DNA of 64,000 bases from Desulfovibrio sp. (GTDB taxonomy: Bacteria; Bacillota; Dethiobacteria; DTU022): contig JAGUZX010000043.1 in assembly GCA_020060545.1 (NCBI GenBank), positions 21,020 through 85,019 on the forward strand. The letters are read 5' to 3'. The first letter of the stretch is position 1. Each line of letters begins with the position of its first letter. Positions 47,567 to 57,417 of this stretch are shown here, piece by piece. The position numbers and the translations under genes are program-made. Below the pieces are notes generated by a model that saw nothing but the letters and a program-made list of their open reading frames with translations, did not search any database and was not told the origin of the DNA.

Positions 47567-47953
47567 ATGATTTTGAAGATAGCGCAGCTTTTGCGCTGCC
47601 TGCACAGGGAGGAGAAAGGTTTCACCTTAATCGAACTGCTTGTTGTTATCGCCATCCTCGGCGTCCTGGCCGCGATCGCCGTGCCGCTGGTGTCGGCCCG
47701 GATTGAAGAGGCAAGAGGAGCGGCCAATACGGCCAACCTGTCGCTGCTGCAGAAGGCGGTTGAGCTTTACCGGGCGGATACCGGCGTGCTGCCGGCTGTA
47801 GGCGCAGCTTTCCAGACCGACTTAGTCACCCAGCCTGCTAATGTTACCGGCTGGAAAGGCCCATATATAAGGGAGGCAGTTTCTCCACCTGCAGGTTACG
47901 GGGACTATACCATGAGTGATACTGGAGTTGTGTCTAATGCAGTTGCACCGTAA
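47567..47953 (+). CDS. pilA: Type IV major pilin (prepilin; class III signal peptide)
   Basis: Leader followed by G/FTLIELLVVIAILGVLAAIAVP, with E at +5. ATG 6 nt after GGAGGTG. Followed by a strong terminator. Confidence 0.85.
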   Translation: MILKIAQLLRCLHREEKGFTLIELLVVIAILGVLAAIAVPLVSARIEEARGAANTANLSLLQKAVELYRADTGVLPAVGAAFQTDLVTQPANVTGWKGPYIREAVSPPAGYGDYTMSDTGVVSNAVAP

Positions 47954-48000
47954 GAGTAGCTAAACAGCATGTGTACAGCTTGAGAGTAGAGATGATAAGA

Positions 48001-48033
48001 GCGGCGGCAGCGCTGCTGCCGCCGCTATATTTA
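48001..48033 (+). terminator. Rho-independent terminator/attenuator after pilA
   Basis: Perfect 11-bp stem GCGGCGGCAGC-gc-GCUGCCGCCGC followed by UAUAUUU. Confidence 0.75.
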
Positions 48034-48161
48034 AATCCGAAAATTGATTGCCGCGTAGCGGCCGCAATAATAGCTCTGGTGCATCATTGAGCCCATGTTT
48101 TTTGGCCGTGGTGCCGGTATTGAATCCTTTTCTCCCCCTTTATATGGAGAGGCAAATAAGG

Positions 48162-48623
48162 ATGGTGGTTGCGGTGCGCGAAAATAAAATCCTGTTGATG
48201 AAAAACGAGGGCGGATATACCTTTGTGGAACTGATCGTGAGCATCACCATCCTTGCCATCGTCACCGTCCCGATCCTTTCTCTCTTCGTCAGCGGATACA
48301 CCGTGCTGGCTTCGGCAGGGAGGCAGACGATCGCCGCCAACCTCTGCCGGGAGAAGATCGAGGCGGTCAAGGTGAACGGGTACGACTTCTACATGCAGTA
48401 TTTCGAGCAGCACGGGGCGAACCTTTACCGGGAAGAAGAGAACCCGGTGGAGGGGTTTCCCGTTTTCCGGCGCGTGACCAGGGTCTGGGAAGAAAATGTG
48501 TTGCCCGACCCTCTCACCCCGGATTTCCAGATCAGCCTGCTGAAAATCATTGTCCAGGTGTTCTGGGAGCATCAGGGCGCGGAGCGCGCGGTGCAGATGG
48601 AAACCAACCTGGCCAGAAGGTGA
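48162..48623 (+). CDS. Minor pilin/pseudopilin (prepilin-type N-terminus)
   Basis: …NEGG/YTFVELIVSITILAIV with Glu at +5. Confidence 0.7.
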   Translation: MVVAVRENKILLMKNEGGYTFVELIVSITILAIVTVPILSLFVSGYTVLASAGRQTIAANLCREKIEAVKVNGYDFYMQYFEQHGANLYREEENPVEGFPVFRRVTRVWEENVLPDPLTPDFQISLLKIIVQVFWEHQGAERAVQMETNLARR

Positions 48624-48627
48624 AACC

Positions 48628-49110
48628 GTGAAGAGAAGCAAGCAAGACAAAGGGTTTACCCTGGCTGAAGTCTTGATGGTTGTGGCTATTCTCGGCCTGG
48701 TCATAGCCGGCATTTACAGCTTTTACTTTTCCGGCCTGCGCAGCTGGCACAAAGGCGTGGACCGGATGGACTACCAGCAGAGCGCCCGCATCGCCATGGA
48801 TAAAATCGTCAAGGAGCTGCAGTTTGCCAACCAGGTTACCGTGGGCGGGGGCGGAACGGAACTCCGCTACAGCTTCGTTAACGACGAAAATAATTACGTC
48901 TTCAAACGGGTAGGGCCGGAGAACGAAGACCTGGTATTAATTTACGAGCGCGGCGACGGCTCTTCGACACAGCTTAAAATAGCCCTGGGCATCACCGGTC
49001 TCGACTTTTCCATCGATGCCCGGAACTATGTCCGGATTACCGTCAGCGCCGGCGCCGGCGCGGAGCGGGTGACCCTGCACAGCAGTGTTCGTCCCAGGAA
49101 TATACCTTGA
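48628..49110 (+). CDS. Minor pilin/pseudopilin (prepilin-type N-terminus)
   Basis: GTG start. KG/FTLAEVLMVVAILGLVIA. Confidence 0.7.
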   Translation: MKRSKQDKGFTLAEVLMVVAILGLVIAGIYSFYFSGLRSWHKGVDRMDYQQSARIAMDKIVKELQFANQVTVGGGGTELRYSFVNDENNYVFKRVGPENEDLVLIYERGDGSSTQLKIALGITGLDFSIDARNYVRITVSAGAGAERVTLHSSVRPRNIP

Positions 49111-49140
49111 TTTTCCGGCGGATCAAAGGAGATTGATGCA

Positions 49141-50298
49141 ATGGACCGGTTTTTCGGTGCGGAGCGGGGTTCGGTTCTGGTCATGGTGTTGGTATTTTCC
49201 GCCGCCCTGCTGATCCTCGGCGGAGCTCTGATCACCTACGCCGTGAACGACAACTTTATCGCGCGCCACCAGGAGCATGACACGCGGCTCTACTATATCG
49301 CCGAAGCCGGGATCGAAGCGGGCGTGGCAGCTTTACGCAAGAATTACTCCTTTCACCGCAATATCGAACAGGAAATCGGCGGTGGAAGCTACCACGCCAC
49401 CATTATCATTCCTCCCCACGCCGATTACCCGGAGCTGCCCGCGGGGCAGCGCATGGTTATCTCCACCGGCCGCCTGGAAGGCAAGGCGCTGACCCTAAAA
49501 GTGATCGTCTCGCTGAACGACCTCTATTCCAAGGCGCTGATGGTCTCCAGTAAGCTGCATCTTACGAATACTACGATCAACGGCAACCTGCATTACAACG
49601 AATTGCTGAAAGTGCTCCCCGGGACGACCGAGATCCGGGGAGACCTGAGCTACCCCCAGGGCAAGGCTCCGGAAATCGTCCCCCCGGCCGTACTGACCGT
49701 CACTGGGCAGACCAGCATCGCACCGCCCATCCCTATCCCTACCATTGATTTCGACAGCTTTATCAAGGACGTGGATATAACTTATACCGGCAGCCAGACT
49801 TGGACTACGGCGCCGCCGTTTAAGAAAATACTGGTTAAGGGCGACTTGACCGTCAGGCCTGGGAAAGATCAGACCTTCGACTTTAACGGGGTGATTATCG
49901 TCCAGGGCGATCTAACAATCAATCCCCAAAAGGGCGCCAATACTTTCCTCAACGGCTCTTTTGTCGCGGGCGGCGGGATCAAGGTCCAGCCCGATGCCGA
50001 CATAAACCCGGCAATGAATGAAAAGAAAGTAATTTTTGTCTCCAACCGGTATATCAACATCTCTACCACCGGCAGCACCGCCCCCGCCCTGTTCGGCGGG
50101 AGCGTGCTTCTTTTTTCCAAGGGGGATATCAATATCTCCGGAAAAACAGACGATAAGCTGCAGATATTCGGCACGATTATCGCGGAAGGCACCTTCTACC
50201 TGACAGACGCCGTGCTGACTTACGACCCCGATGTTTTCATCGATTCCGATTATATCCCCGGATTACAGGTGGTGATCAGGGAATGGCTGAAACTCTAG
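49141..50298 (+). CDS. PilX-N-domain minor pilin-like protein with large beta-rich C-terminal domain
   Basis: ERGSVLVMVLVFSAALLILG is a PilX_N-type hydrophobic N-terminus. 385 aa. Confidence 0.65.
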   Translation: MDRFFGAERGSVLVMVLVFSAALLILGGALITYAVNDNFIARHQEHDTRLYYIAEAGIEAGVAALRKNYSFHRNIEQEIGGGSYHATIIIPPHADYPELPAGQRMVISTGRLEGKALTLKVIVSLNDLYSKALMVSSKLHLTNTTINGNLHYNELLKVLPGTTEIRGDLSYPQGKAPEIVPPAVLTVTGQTSIAPPIPIPTIDFDSFIKDVDITYTGSQTWTTAPPFKKILVKGDLTVRPGKDQTFDFNGVIIVQGDLTINPQKGANTFLNGSFVAGGGIKVQPDADINPAMNEKKVIFVSNRYINISTTGSTAPALFGGSVLLFSKGDINISGKTDDKLQIFGTIIAEGTFYLTDAVLTYDPDVFIDSDYIPGLQVVIREWLKL

Positions 50299-50369
50299 CA
50301 GGCCCGGCGGAAGAAACCGGTGCAGCCACGGCGCATAATCTGCTTCTCCAGCAGGCGGCGCCGCGAAAA

Positions 50370-51440
50370 ATGCGGTTAAAAGGGCGTTACTCCAAGATCG
50401 GCCTTGACCTCGGCTCGTCCCAGATTAAGCTGGCCCAGTTAAAGCACAAAAACGGGCAAATCTACCTCTGGCAGTACGGGATTTATCCCCTGCCCGAAGG
50501 GGCGCTCGAAGGGGGTAAGGTGGAAGATCCGGGCTTGCTCGCCGAACGCTTGCAGTGGGTCCTCCAGAGGCGCCGCTTTCATAAACGGCGGGTGAACCTT
50601 TGCGTGGGCAGCCAGAACGTAGTCCTGCGCCAGGTGCTCCTGCCGGAGATGCACCCCAAGGAAATCCCCTCTGCCGTCCGCTGGGAGGCGGAGAAGCAGG
50701 TCATGATGCCCCTGGAGGAGACCGTGGTCGACTACCTTTACCTGGGCAGGCGGCTAGTCGATGATAAAATGATGATCGAGCTGGCGCTGGTCGCGGTGCC
50801 CAAGGAAGTGGTTAACGGGTATCTCGAGGCGGTTACCGGCGCCGGTTTTTACCCCGAGGCGATCGAAATAGAACCCCTGGCCCTGCAGCGGATGCTGAAC
50901 CTGGAACTGCCCGGCGGCGCTGCCGGGGATCCGGCCATCTCCATGCTGCTGGATTTGGGGGCGGAATACAGCAACCTTGTCCTCCTGAAGAACGGCCATT
51001 TCCGCTTTGCCCGCACCCTGAGCATCGGGGTGGATCATTTTTGCCGCCGTGTGGCCGAGGCGGGGCAGTTAAGCCTGGAAACAGCGCGGCGCCAAATTTT
51101 CAGCCGGGATCCTTTTTCCCTGGATGGTTTTCAGGATGTTGCCGATGACCTGGCCAACCAGGTCAGCCGTTCGATAGAATATTATGCCAATAATATTTGG
51201 GACGGCAAGCGACAAGGATCGGAGCAAGAGATGGAAATCAACCGGATGTTATTCTGCGGCGGAGGGGCCGCGATAGATCGGCTGGCTTCTTTCCTGGGTT
51301 TTGAGCTTAAGGTTGAACCGAAGCTGCTCAGCCCTCTGGAATTTATCCAGGCCGGTAAGAAGCTATACCAGCCGGACCTGGAGCAGGAGGAAAACATGCT
51401 TAACGTGGCGGTGGGCCTGGCCTTGCGGGGGTGGCGCTGA
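50370..51440 (+). CDS. pilM: Type IV pilus assembly protein PilM (actin-like ATPase fold)
   Basis: KIGLDLGSSQIKLAQL N-terminal motif. The start is chosen at the internal ATG; the upstream in-frame extension lacks an RBS. Confidence 0.75.
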   Translation: MRLKGRYSKIGLDLGSSQIKLAQLKHKNGQIYLWQYGIYPLPEGALEGGKVEDPGLLAERLQWVLQRRRFHKRRVNLCVGSQNVVLRQVLLPEMHPKEIPSAVRWEAEKQVMMPLEETVVDYLYLGRRLVDDKMMIELALVAVPKEVVNGYLEAVTGAGFYPEAIEIEPLALQRMLNLELPGGAAGDPAISMLLDLGAEYSNLVLLKNGHFRFARTLSIGVDHFCRRVAEAGQLSLETARRQIFSRDPFSLDGFQDVADDLANQVSRSIEYYANNIWDGKRQGSEQEMEINRMLFCGGGAAIDRLASFLGFELKVEPKLLSPLEFIQAGKKLYQPDLEQEENMLNVAVGLALRGWR

Positions 51441-51991
51441 TGAAAACCGAAATTAACCTGCGCCCGAGGGCGTTCGTCGTTTCCAGGGAGTTTTACTGGC
51501 CCAGGGTCCTGGGTACCCTTGCCGGCTTGCTGCTCATCCTGGCCGTGGCGGGAGGCTCTGTTTTACTCTATCTATACCAGGTTAACCTGGAAGCTGAAAC
51601 CGCCCTGCTCAGAGGAAATGTCGAGCAGCTCCGGGTTGAAGCGGCTCCGATCGCGGCCATAGAAGAGGAGCTCCGTTCGTTTAAAGACAGGGCGCAGCTG
51701 AAAGACAGGTTGATCGGGTCAAGTTCTTTATCCTGGTCCGGCATGCTGCAGGAGGTAGATGACCTGGCGGAGCGGGGCGCGATTGATCTGGAACATCTGG
51801 CCGGCAGCGCCGGCGGCGGGATAGTCATCCGGGGTAACGGCTTGACCATGCGCGGTGTGGCGGCTTTCCTGCAAGACCTGGAGAAGCTCAATTTTCTTCG
51901 TGATGTGGTCCACCTGTTCATCTCTCTAAATACAATGGACAGATTCGGCTTTGAAGCCAAAGCCAGTCTGACCGATGGGGGCTCGAAATAG
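51440..51991 (+). CDS. pilN: Type IV pilus assembly protein PilN
   Basis: ATGA overlap with the pilM stop. MKTEINLRP, a single TM helix and a coiled coil. Confidence 0.75.
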   Translation: MKTEINLRPRAFVVSREFYWPRVLGTLAGLLLILAVAGGSVLLYLYQVNLEAETALLRGNVEQLRVEAAPIAAIEEELRSFKDRAQLKDRLIGSSSLSWSGMLQEVDDLAERGAIDLEHLAGSAGGGIVIRGNGLTMRGVAAFLQDLEKLNFLRDVVHLFISLNTMDRFGFEAKASLTDGGSK

Positions 51992-51993
51992 TC

Positions 51994-52536
51994 TTGGTTC
52001 AACAAAAACAGCCTGTTTCCAAACAACTGAAAATACTGCTGCTGCTGGCCGTTGTTGCGGTTGGTTTTCTGGCCTGGCGCTATTATTGGAACCCTAAGCT
52101 CCAATTACTGGCCGGGTTAAGGCTGGAACAGGCGCAGCTGCGCGGCGAATACGCCCGTCTTGACGAAAAGATAAAGGTTCAAAAGCAAGTGGAGCAGGAA
52201 TGGCGGCGGTGGCGGGAAGAAGGAGAACAGTTGAAGGTTCTGCTCCCTTCGATACAGGAGCTGCCCCGGGTTTTGGGAAACCTGGAGGATATACTGGGGC
52301 GGTACCCGCTTTTGATTGAATCTTTCGCCTCCGGTGAATTGAGAAAAGACCCGGGTTATGTCGTAGTTCCCTTATCATTGCGTGTTTCGGGTCCTGACGC
52401 GGAACTGATGGCTCTTTTAGCGGAGTTGGAACAATTTCCTCACCTGCTCCTGATCGAGCAGGTTGCCTGGCAGAAGCAACCGGAGCAGTCAATCCTTAAT
52501 CTAAACTTTGCCCTTGTTTTACTACCGGAAGGGTAG
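51994..52536 (+). CDS. pilO: Type IV pilus assembly protein PilO-like
   Basis: TM helix plus coiled coil. Positionally and structurally PilO. Confidence 0.65.
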   Translation: MVQQKQPVSKQLKILLLLAVVAVGFLAWRYYWNPKLQLLAGLRLEQAQLRGEYARLDEKIKVQKQVEQEWRRWREEGEQLKVLLPSIQELPRVLGNLEDILGRYPLLIESFASGELRKDPGYVVVPLSLRVSGPDAELMALLAELEQFPHLLLIEQVAWQKQPEQSILNLNFALVLLPEG

Positions 52537-52559
52537 GTTAATGCATTAATGGGGCGGTA

Positions 52560-53033
52560 ATAAGGAAAAACGGCCAATGTGGCTTTTCTTATGTGGAATT
52601 GCTGTGCGTCATTGCCATCCTGACCGTGCTCTATCTGCTTGCTGTGCCGTACGTGTTTAATATCATACATAAGTCAAAGCTGGAGGCGGCGGCCTGGCGG
52701 TTGGTTTCAGACATGCGCCTGGCGCGCCAGGCGGCGATAACCACCGGCAAAACCACCCGGATCGAGTTCCGGGAAGCGGCCGGCGACTACCGGATTTTCC
52801 TCCCCGAGAAGACGGTCAGGGTGCGGCTGCCGGACAGTATAGTGTACGCCGGAAATAATTTTCCCCTCGTGCAGGGCGTAAGGAAGGTCAGTTTTACCCC
52901 CACCGGGGCTCCCAGCCAGGGAGGCACCGTCATTTTTAAAAACAGGCGGGGCGATAAGCTGTATGTGGTCATGACCCCGGCCACCGCCCGGATCAGGGTC
53001 TCCAAGGTCCCCCCCGCCCACTGGGATCAGTAA
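52560..53033 (+). CDS. GspH/FimT-like pseudopilin; prepilin N-terminus lacks a canonical start codon
   Basis: The in-frame sequence from 52560 reads (ATA)RKNGQCG/FSYVELLCVIAILTVL. The only canonical start, GTG at 52593, lies after the prepilin cleavage motif. Confidence 0.55.
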   Translation: MRKNGQCGFSYVELLCVIAILTVLYLLAVPYVFNIIHKSKLEAAAWRLVSDMRLARQAAITTGKTTRIEFREAAGDYRIFLPEKTVRVRLPDSIVYAGNNFPLVQGVRKVSFTPTGAPSQGGTVIFKNRRGDKLYVVMTPATARIRVSKVPPAHWDQ

Positions 53034-53106
53034 TAAGTTCATTTGGTGCCAGGCACCGAATGAACTTTTCAGTTCATTTTTGGTGCCTGGCACCAAATGA
53101 ACTAAA
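53034..53106 (+). terminator. Long inverted-repeat terminator closing the pilus operon
   Basis: Two ~30-nt mutually complementary arms, GTTCATTTGGTGCCAGGCACCGAATGAAC and GTTCATTTTTGGTGCCTGGCACCAAATGAAC. Each arm is itself palindromic. Confidence 0.65.
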
Positions 53107-53214
53107 TTTAGCCACGGAAGAGGCAGGAATTTTGCCCGTTACAGGGGAATGTTATGAAGAAAGGCGGAGTTGGGATCCGTAAAAAAATAGTGGGTAACGA
53201 CAGGAGGAAGTAAG

Positions 53215-54279
53215 TTGAACGATCGTCTGCGGCAATTGCAGGAAAAGCTCGCGGCGGAGGATATCGACGCACTGCTGGTCACCCAACCTGCCAACCGGCG
53301 TTATTTGAGCGGTTTCGATGGGACCAGCGGCGTGCTTCTGGTCGGCCGGGAGAAAGCTTTTTTAGTCACCGATTTTCGCTATCTGGAACAGGCCGAAAAG
53401 CAGGCGCCGCACTGCAAGCTGTGTCCATGGAAAGATGATTTGCCAAAAAGCCTGGCGCCGCTGGTGGAGGCGGAAAGGTGGCAAAAAATCGGCTTCGAGG
53501 AGAAGCACCTTACCTGTGCTGCCTACCGCGAATTGGCGGCAGGCATTTCTACTGAACTGGTTGGCCGGGATGGCCTGGTCGAGGATCTGCGGCTGATCAA
53601 GAGCGAATCGGAACTCGCCATTTTACGCCGCGGCGCCGCCTGCCTGGACCGGGCTTTCGAGCATATCTGTAAGTTTATCAGGCCCGGCCTGACGGAGCAG
53701 GCGGTTTCCCTGGAGCTTGAATACCGGCTGCGGTGTCTCGGAGCCGAAGGCATTTCCTTCCGCTATATCGTTGCCTCGGGTGAGCGGGGGGCGATGCCCC
53801 ACGGCGTGGCTTCACCGAAGACGCTATCCGCAGGGGAGCTGGTCACCATGGATTTCGGCGCCGTGTTCGACGGCTACAACACCGATATGACCCGCACCGT
53901 GGCCTTGGGCGAACCTGACGCCCGGCAGCGCCAGATTTACGAAACAGTCCGGGCGGCCCAACAAAAGGCGCTCCTAGGGATCAAACCCGGTATGACGGGA
54001 AAAGAAGCGGACGCGCTGGCCCGGGAGCCGATTAAAGAAGCCGGATTTGGAGAATACTTTGGGCATGGGCTGGGTCACGGGGTCGGCCTGGATTACCACG
54101 AACAGCCGGTCCTGTCACCGCGCAGCGAGACAATCCTGGCCCCGGGCATGGTTGTCACCGTAGAACCGGGCATCTATATCCCCGGTTGGGGAGGGGTCCG
54201 CATCGAAGAGATGGTGCTGATTACGGCGCAAGGGGCGGAAATGCTGACTCTCAGCACCCGGGAGTTGGCGGTAATCTAA
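53215..54279 (+). CDS. Xaa-Pro aminopeptidase (M24B family)
   Basis: Creatinase-N fold plus M24 metal ligands (…[13 protein letters not shown]…). TTG start after GGAGGAAG. Confidence 0.88.
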   Translation: MNDRLRQLQEKLAAEDIDALLVTQPANRRYLSGFDGTSGVLLVGREKAFLVTDFRYLEQAEKQAPHCKLCPWKDDLPKSLAPLVEAERWQKIGFEEKHLTCAAYRELAAGISTELVGRDGLVEDLRLIKSESELAILRRGAACLDRAFEHICKFIRPGLTEQAVSLELEYRLRCLGAEGISFRYIVASGERGAMPHGVASPKTLSAGELVTMDFGAVFDGYNTDMTRTVALGEPDARQRQIYETVRAAQQKALLGIKPGMTGKEADALAREPIKEAGFGEYFGHGLGHGVGLDYHEQPVLSPRSETILAPGMVVTVEPGIYIPGWGGVRIEEMVLITAQGAEMLTLSTRELAVI

Positions 54280-54302
54280 ATACAAGGGAGCGGCAGCAAC
54301 CG

Positions 54303-54860
54303 ATGATTTCTACGAACGATTTTCATACCGGTCTTACCGTTGAACTGGACGGTGAACTCTATGTCGTTGTTGAATTCCAGCATGTCAAGCCGGGCAAGGG
54401 ATCCGCTTTTGTCCGCTCCCGGCTGAAAAATTTACGCACCGGCGCGGTTACCGAACGGACCTTCCGCGCCGGGGAGAAAGTTTCCAGGGCCCACCTGGAA
54501 CGCAGGCTTATGGAATATCTCTATAGCAGCGCAGATGAGTTTTTCCTGATGGACCTGGAAACCTACGAGCAGATCACCTTGAACCGGGCGCAGGTGGGCG
54601 ACGGGGTTAAATATTTAAAAGAAAACGAAAAACTGAACGTGGTCATGCACGGTGAAAAGGTAGTCGGAGTGGAACTGCCCAACACCGTGGAGTTAAAGGT
54701 AGTCAAGACGGATCCGGGAGTGAAGGGCGATACCGCCTCCGGCGGATCCAAGCCGGCAGTTCTGGAAACAGGCCTGGTAGTGCAGGTGCCCTTTTTTATC
54801 AACGCCGGTGATATTTTAAGGATTGACACCCGCAGCGGTGCATATATCGAGCGGGTTTAG
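54303..54860 (+). CDS. efp: Elongation factor P
   Basis: [43 protein letters not shown] matches the EF-P N-terminus; the conserved Lys loop is present. 185 aa. Confidence 0.95.
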   Translation: MISTNDFHTGLTVELDGELYVVVEFQHVKPGKGSAFVRSRLKNLRTGAVTERTFRAGEKVSRAHLERRLMEYLYSSADEFFLMDLETYEQITLNRAQVGDGVKYLKENEKLNVVMHGEKVVGVELPNTVELKVVKTDPGVKGDTASGGSKPAVLETGLVVQVPFFINAGDILRIDTRSGAYIERV

Positions 54861-54896
54861 CGGAATAATATGGTATGTATTTTGAAGGGAGGCATT

Positions 54897-55379
54897 ATGG
54901 TGGCGGAAGATTTAAAGGAAAGGGTGGCCTACCTGCGCGGGCTGGCCGAGGGCTTGGGGATTGGTGAAGGGAGCAAGGAAGAAAAAGTTCTCCAAAAAGT
55001 AATCGATATCCTGGAAAAGACCGCGGCGGAAATCGACCAGCTTAGAACCGATTTTGAAGAGTTGTTCGAGTATACCGAAGCCATCGACGAGGACCTGACG
55101 GAGCTGGAAGAGGATTTCTACGAGGAAGAAGACGACGACTTCGACGATGATGACGAGGAAGAAGACGATTTTGACGGGGGCTTTTCCGTGGAATGCCCCA
55201 ATTGCCGGGAAGTGGTCGTGGTGAGCGACGACCTCCTGAACCAGGATTCGGCCATTGAAGTAACCTGCCCCGGCTGCGGGGAGGTCGTCCTGGTTGACGA
55301 CGAGAAGTGGGAAGAGGAGGATTTGGAAGAGCTTTTGGACGAAGAGGAGAAAGACGCGGGAGAAAAAAAAGACGGGTAG
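54897..55379 (+). CDS. Acidic protein with C-terminal CxxC…CxxC zinc ribbon
   Basis: Glu/Asp-rich. CPNC…CPGC. Sits between efp and spoIIIAA. Confidence 0.6.
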   Translation: MVAEDLKERVAYLRGLAEGLGIGEGSKEEKVLQKVIDILEKTAAEIDQLRTDFEELFEYTEAIDEDLTELEEDFYEEEDDDFDDDDEEEDDFDGGFSVECPNCREVVVVSDDLLNQDSAIEVTCPGCGEVVLVDDEKWEEEDLEELLDEEEKDAGEKKDG

Positions 55380-55409
55380 GGTTTTAAATCACGACGGCTG
55401 GCTGATCAT

Positions 55410-55448
55410 CCCCCTCTTCCATCGCGGCGGAGGGGGATTTTTTTTATT
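55410..55448 (+). terminator. Rho-independent terminator
   Basis: CCCCCTC-ttccatcgcggcg-GAGGGGG followed by ATTTTTTTTATTT. Confidence 0.7.
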
Positions 55449-55451
55449 TCA

Positions 55452-55483
55452 TAAATATCGGAAGGCGGCAGGTCATATACATT
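55452..55483 (+). promoter_or_regulatory. Candidate sigma-E-type promoter for the spoIIIA operon
   Basis: AAATAT (-35-like) then 15 nt then CATATACAT, which resembles the sigma-E -10 consensus CATACAnT. Confidence 0.3.
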
Positions 55484-55542
55484 AATACAGGCCGGGGTAG
55501 AAGGCAAGCTTTGACGAGCTTTCAGGGGGTCGTGAAAAGACT

Positions 55543-56523
55543 GTGGAATCCGGCAGCGCTTCTACCAGGGAACAGGTGAGCCATTTTCTGCCGAAAGTGA
55601 TCCGGGATATTCTGGACCGCTCTTCCCTGCCCCTGTGGGAAGATCTGGAGGAAATCAGGTTAAGGCTGGGGCGTCCCCTGGCCCTGCACCGCCGGGAAGG
55701 GGATTTTTACTTAAACGAAAGAGGCGAACCAGCGCTCCCCGGCCAGGCTTACCGGCCCGGCCGGCAGGACCTGGATCGGGCGCTGGAGTTGATCAGCGAT
55801 TCATCTCTTTACGCTTTCGAGCAGGAACTGCGCTGCGGCTATATTACGCTGCCCGGCGGGCACAGGGTAGGGTTATGCGGCCAGGCGGTGTTGGAGGCGG
55901 GACGGTTGATCCGCTTAAAACATATCACCGGGTTCAACTACCGCATCGCCCGGGAAATAATCGGCACGGCCCTGCCCTATGTGCGCTATTTTATTGACTA
56001 CCGCCAGGCCCGGGTGAAACACAGCTTAATCCTGTCACTGCCCCGGGGCGGTAAAACGACCTTCCTGCGGGACTTGACGCGGCTGCTTGGGGACGGCGTC
56101 CCCGAGCTCGGGTTCAGGGGGTTTAAGGTGGCCGTGGTCGACGAGCGCTCGGAAATCGCCGGTTCTTTTCAGGGCATGCCGCAACTGCAGGTAGGCAGCT
56201 GCACTGATGTCCTCGATGCCTGCCCGAAAGCGGAAGGGATGATGATGCTGCTCCGGTCCATGGGGCCACAGGTGATTGTAACCGACGAAATCGGCAGCGT
56301 TGAGGATACCAAAGCCGTTGAAGAGGTAATCCATGCCGGGGTTGCAGTGGTCACCACCGCTCACGGCGGCAGCCTGGCTGAGCTGCGCGGCCGTCCCGGA
56401 TTGCGCAGGCTCCTGGAGCAGCGGATCTTTGAACGGGTTCTCTTTCTCGGGCGCAGCCGGGGTGTAGGGACGGTGGAACAGATTATCGATCCACGGGATG
56501 GGAAGGTCTTCCTCGGAAAATAA
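55543..56523 (+). CDS. spoIIIAA: Stage III sporulation protein AA (AAA+ ATPase)
   Basis: Walker A LPRGGKTTFLRD. Colinear with B. subtilis SpoIIIAA. GTG start. Confidence 0.88.
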   Translation: MESGSASTREQVSHFLPKVIRDILDRSSLPLWEDLEEIRLRLGRPLALHRREGDFYLNERGEPALPGQAYRPGRQDLDRALELISDSSLYAFEQELRCGYITLPGGHRVGLCGQAVLEAGRLIRLKHITGFNYRIAREIIGTALPYVRYFIDYRQARVKHSLILSLPRGGKTTFLRDLTRLLGDGVPELGFRGFKVAVVDERSEIAGSFQGMPQLQVGSCTDVLDACPKAEGMMMLLRSMGPQVIVTDEIGSVEDTKAVEEVIHAGVAVVTTAHGGSLAELRGRPGLRRLLEQRIFERVLFLGRSRGVGTVEQIIDPRDGKVFLGK

Positions 56524-56551
56524 GGGCTAACAGAAGGGGAGGCTTGGGGAA

Positions 56552-57082
56552 GTGGGGCAACTAATCTTGAAAGTGGTCGGGGCCGTCATTGTGATCGCCG
56601 CCGCATCGGCCTGCGGCGAACAGAAGGCCCGCGCGCTCGCCCTGCGGGTGCAGCATCTCCAGCAGTTCCGGCGCGCGCTGGCACTTCTGGCCGCGGAAAT
56701 ATCCTTTACCCGCCCGGTGCTGCCCTATGCCTTTAAAACTGCGGCGGAGCGATCCTCTTTTCCAGCCCGTGAGCTCCTCCTTGAGGCCGCCGTCATGCTC
56801 CTGGCCGGAGGCGAACTGACCGCCCGGGAGATCTGGAAAAAGGCGGTGGACCGCGTTTTGCCCGAGACCTGCTGTACCGCGGCGGACCGGGAGATCATCG
56901 AGAGCCTTGGAGCGTCCCTCGGCGTATGCGAGCAGGAAGGCCAGTTGAACCAGATCCGGTTAACCATGTCGCAACTGGATTGCGCCCTGGAAGAGGCTCT
57001 CGGTCAGAAGCACCGCAGCGAAAAGATGTGGCGTTACCTCGGTTTTGCCGGTGGAGCGGCGCTGGTCATTTTTTTCTTGTAA
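56552..57082 (+). CDS. spoIIIAB: Stage III sporulation protein AB
   Basis: Position in operon and family similarity. 176 aa. Confidence 0.8.
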   Translation: MGQLILKVVGAVIVIAAASACGEQKARALALRVQHLQQFRRALALLAAEISFTRPVLPYAFKTAAERSSFPARELLLEAAVMLLAGGELTAREIWKKAVDRVLPETCCTAADREIIESLGASLGVCEQEGQLNQIRLTMSQLDCALEEALGQKHRSEKMWRYLGFAGGAALVIFFL

Positions 57083-57097
57083 AGCGGGGGAGAGCAC

Positions 57098-57304
57098 ATG
57101 AACGCGGTAAATATTGACCTTCTGTTCAAGATTGCAGGCATCGGTATCTTTATCTCGGTCTTGAACCTGGTGCTGAAACAGGCCGATAAACAGGAACAGG
57201 CCCAGATGTTGACCCTGGTCGGGGTAGTGATCGTCCTGTTGATGGTACTCCAGCTGATCAGCGAGCTTTTTACCAGTATCAAAACTATTTTCAACCTCTT
57301 CTGA
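57098..57304 (+). CDS. spoIIIAC: Stage III sporulation protein AC
   Basis: 68-aa two-TM protein with the conserved AGIGIFISVLN motif. Confidence 0.85.
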   Translation: MNAVNIDLLFKIAGIGIFISVLNLVLKQADKQEQAQMLTLVGVVIVLLMVLQLISELFTSIKTIFNLF

Positions 57305-57417
57305 GCTGTGTTCCGGTTTGCCGGCGCAGCGCCGCACAAGCCGCCCGGCGCCTGGTGCGGCGAAATGGAAAAAGATCAAAATTAGCAGGTCAATCATACG
57401 GGGTTGAGTCTTGTAGG

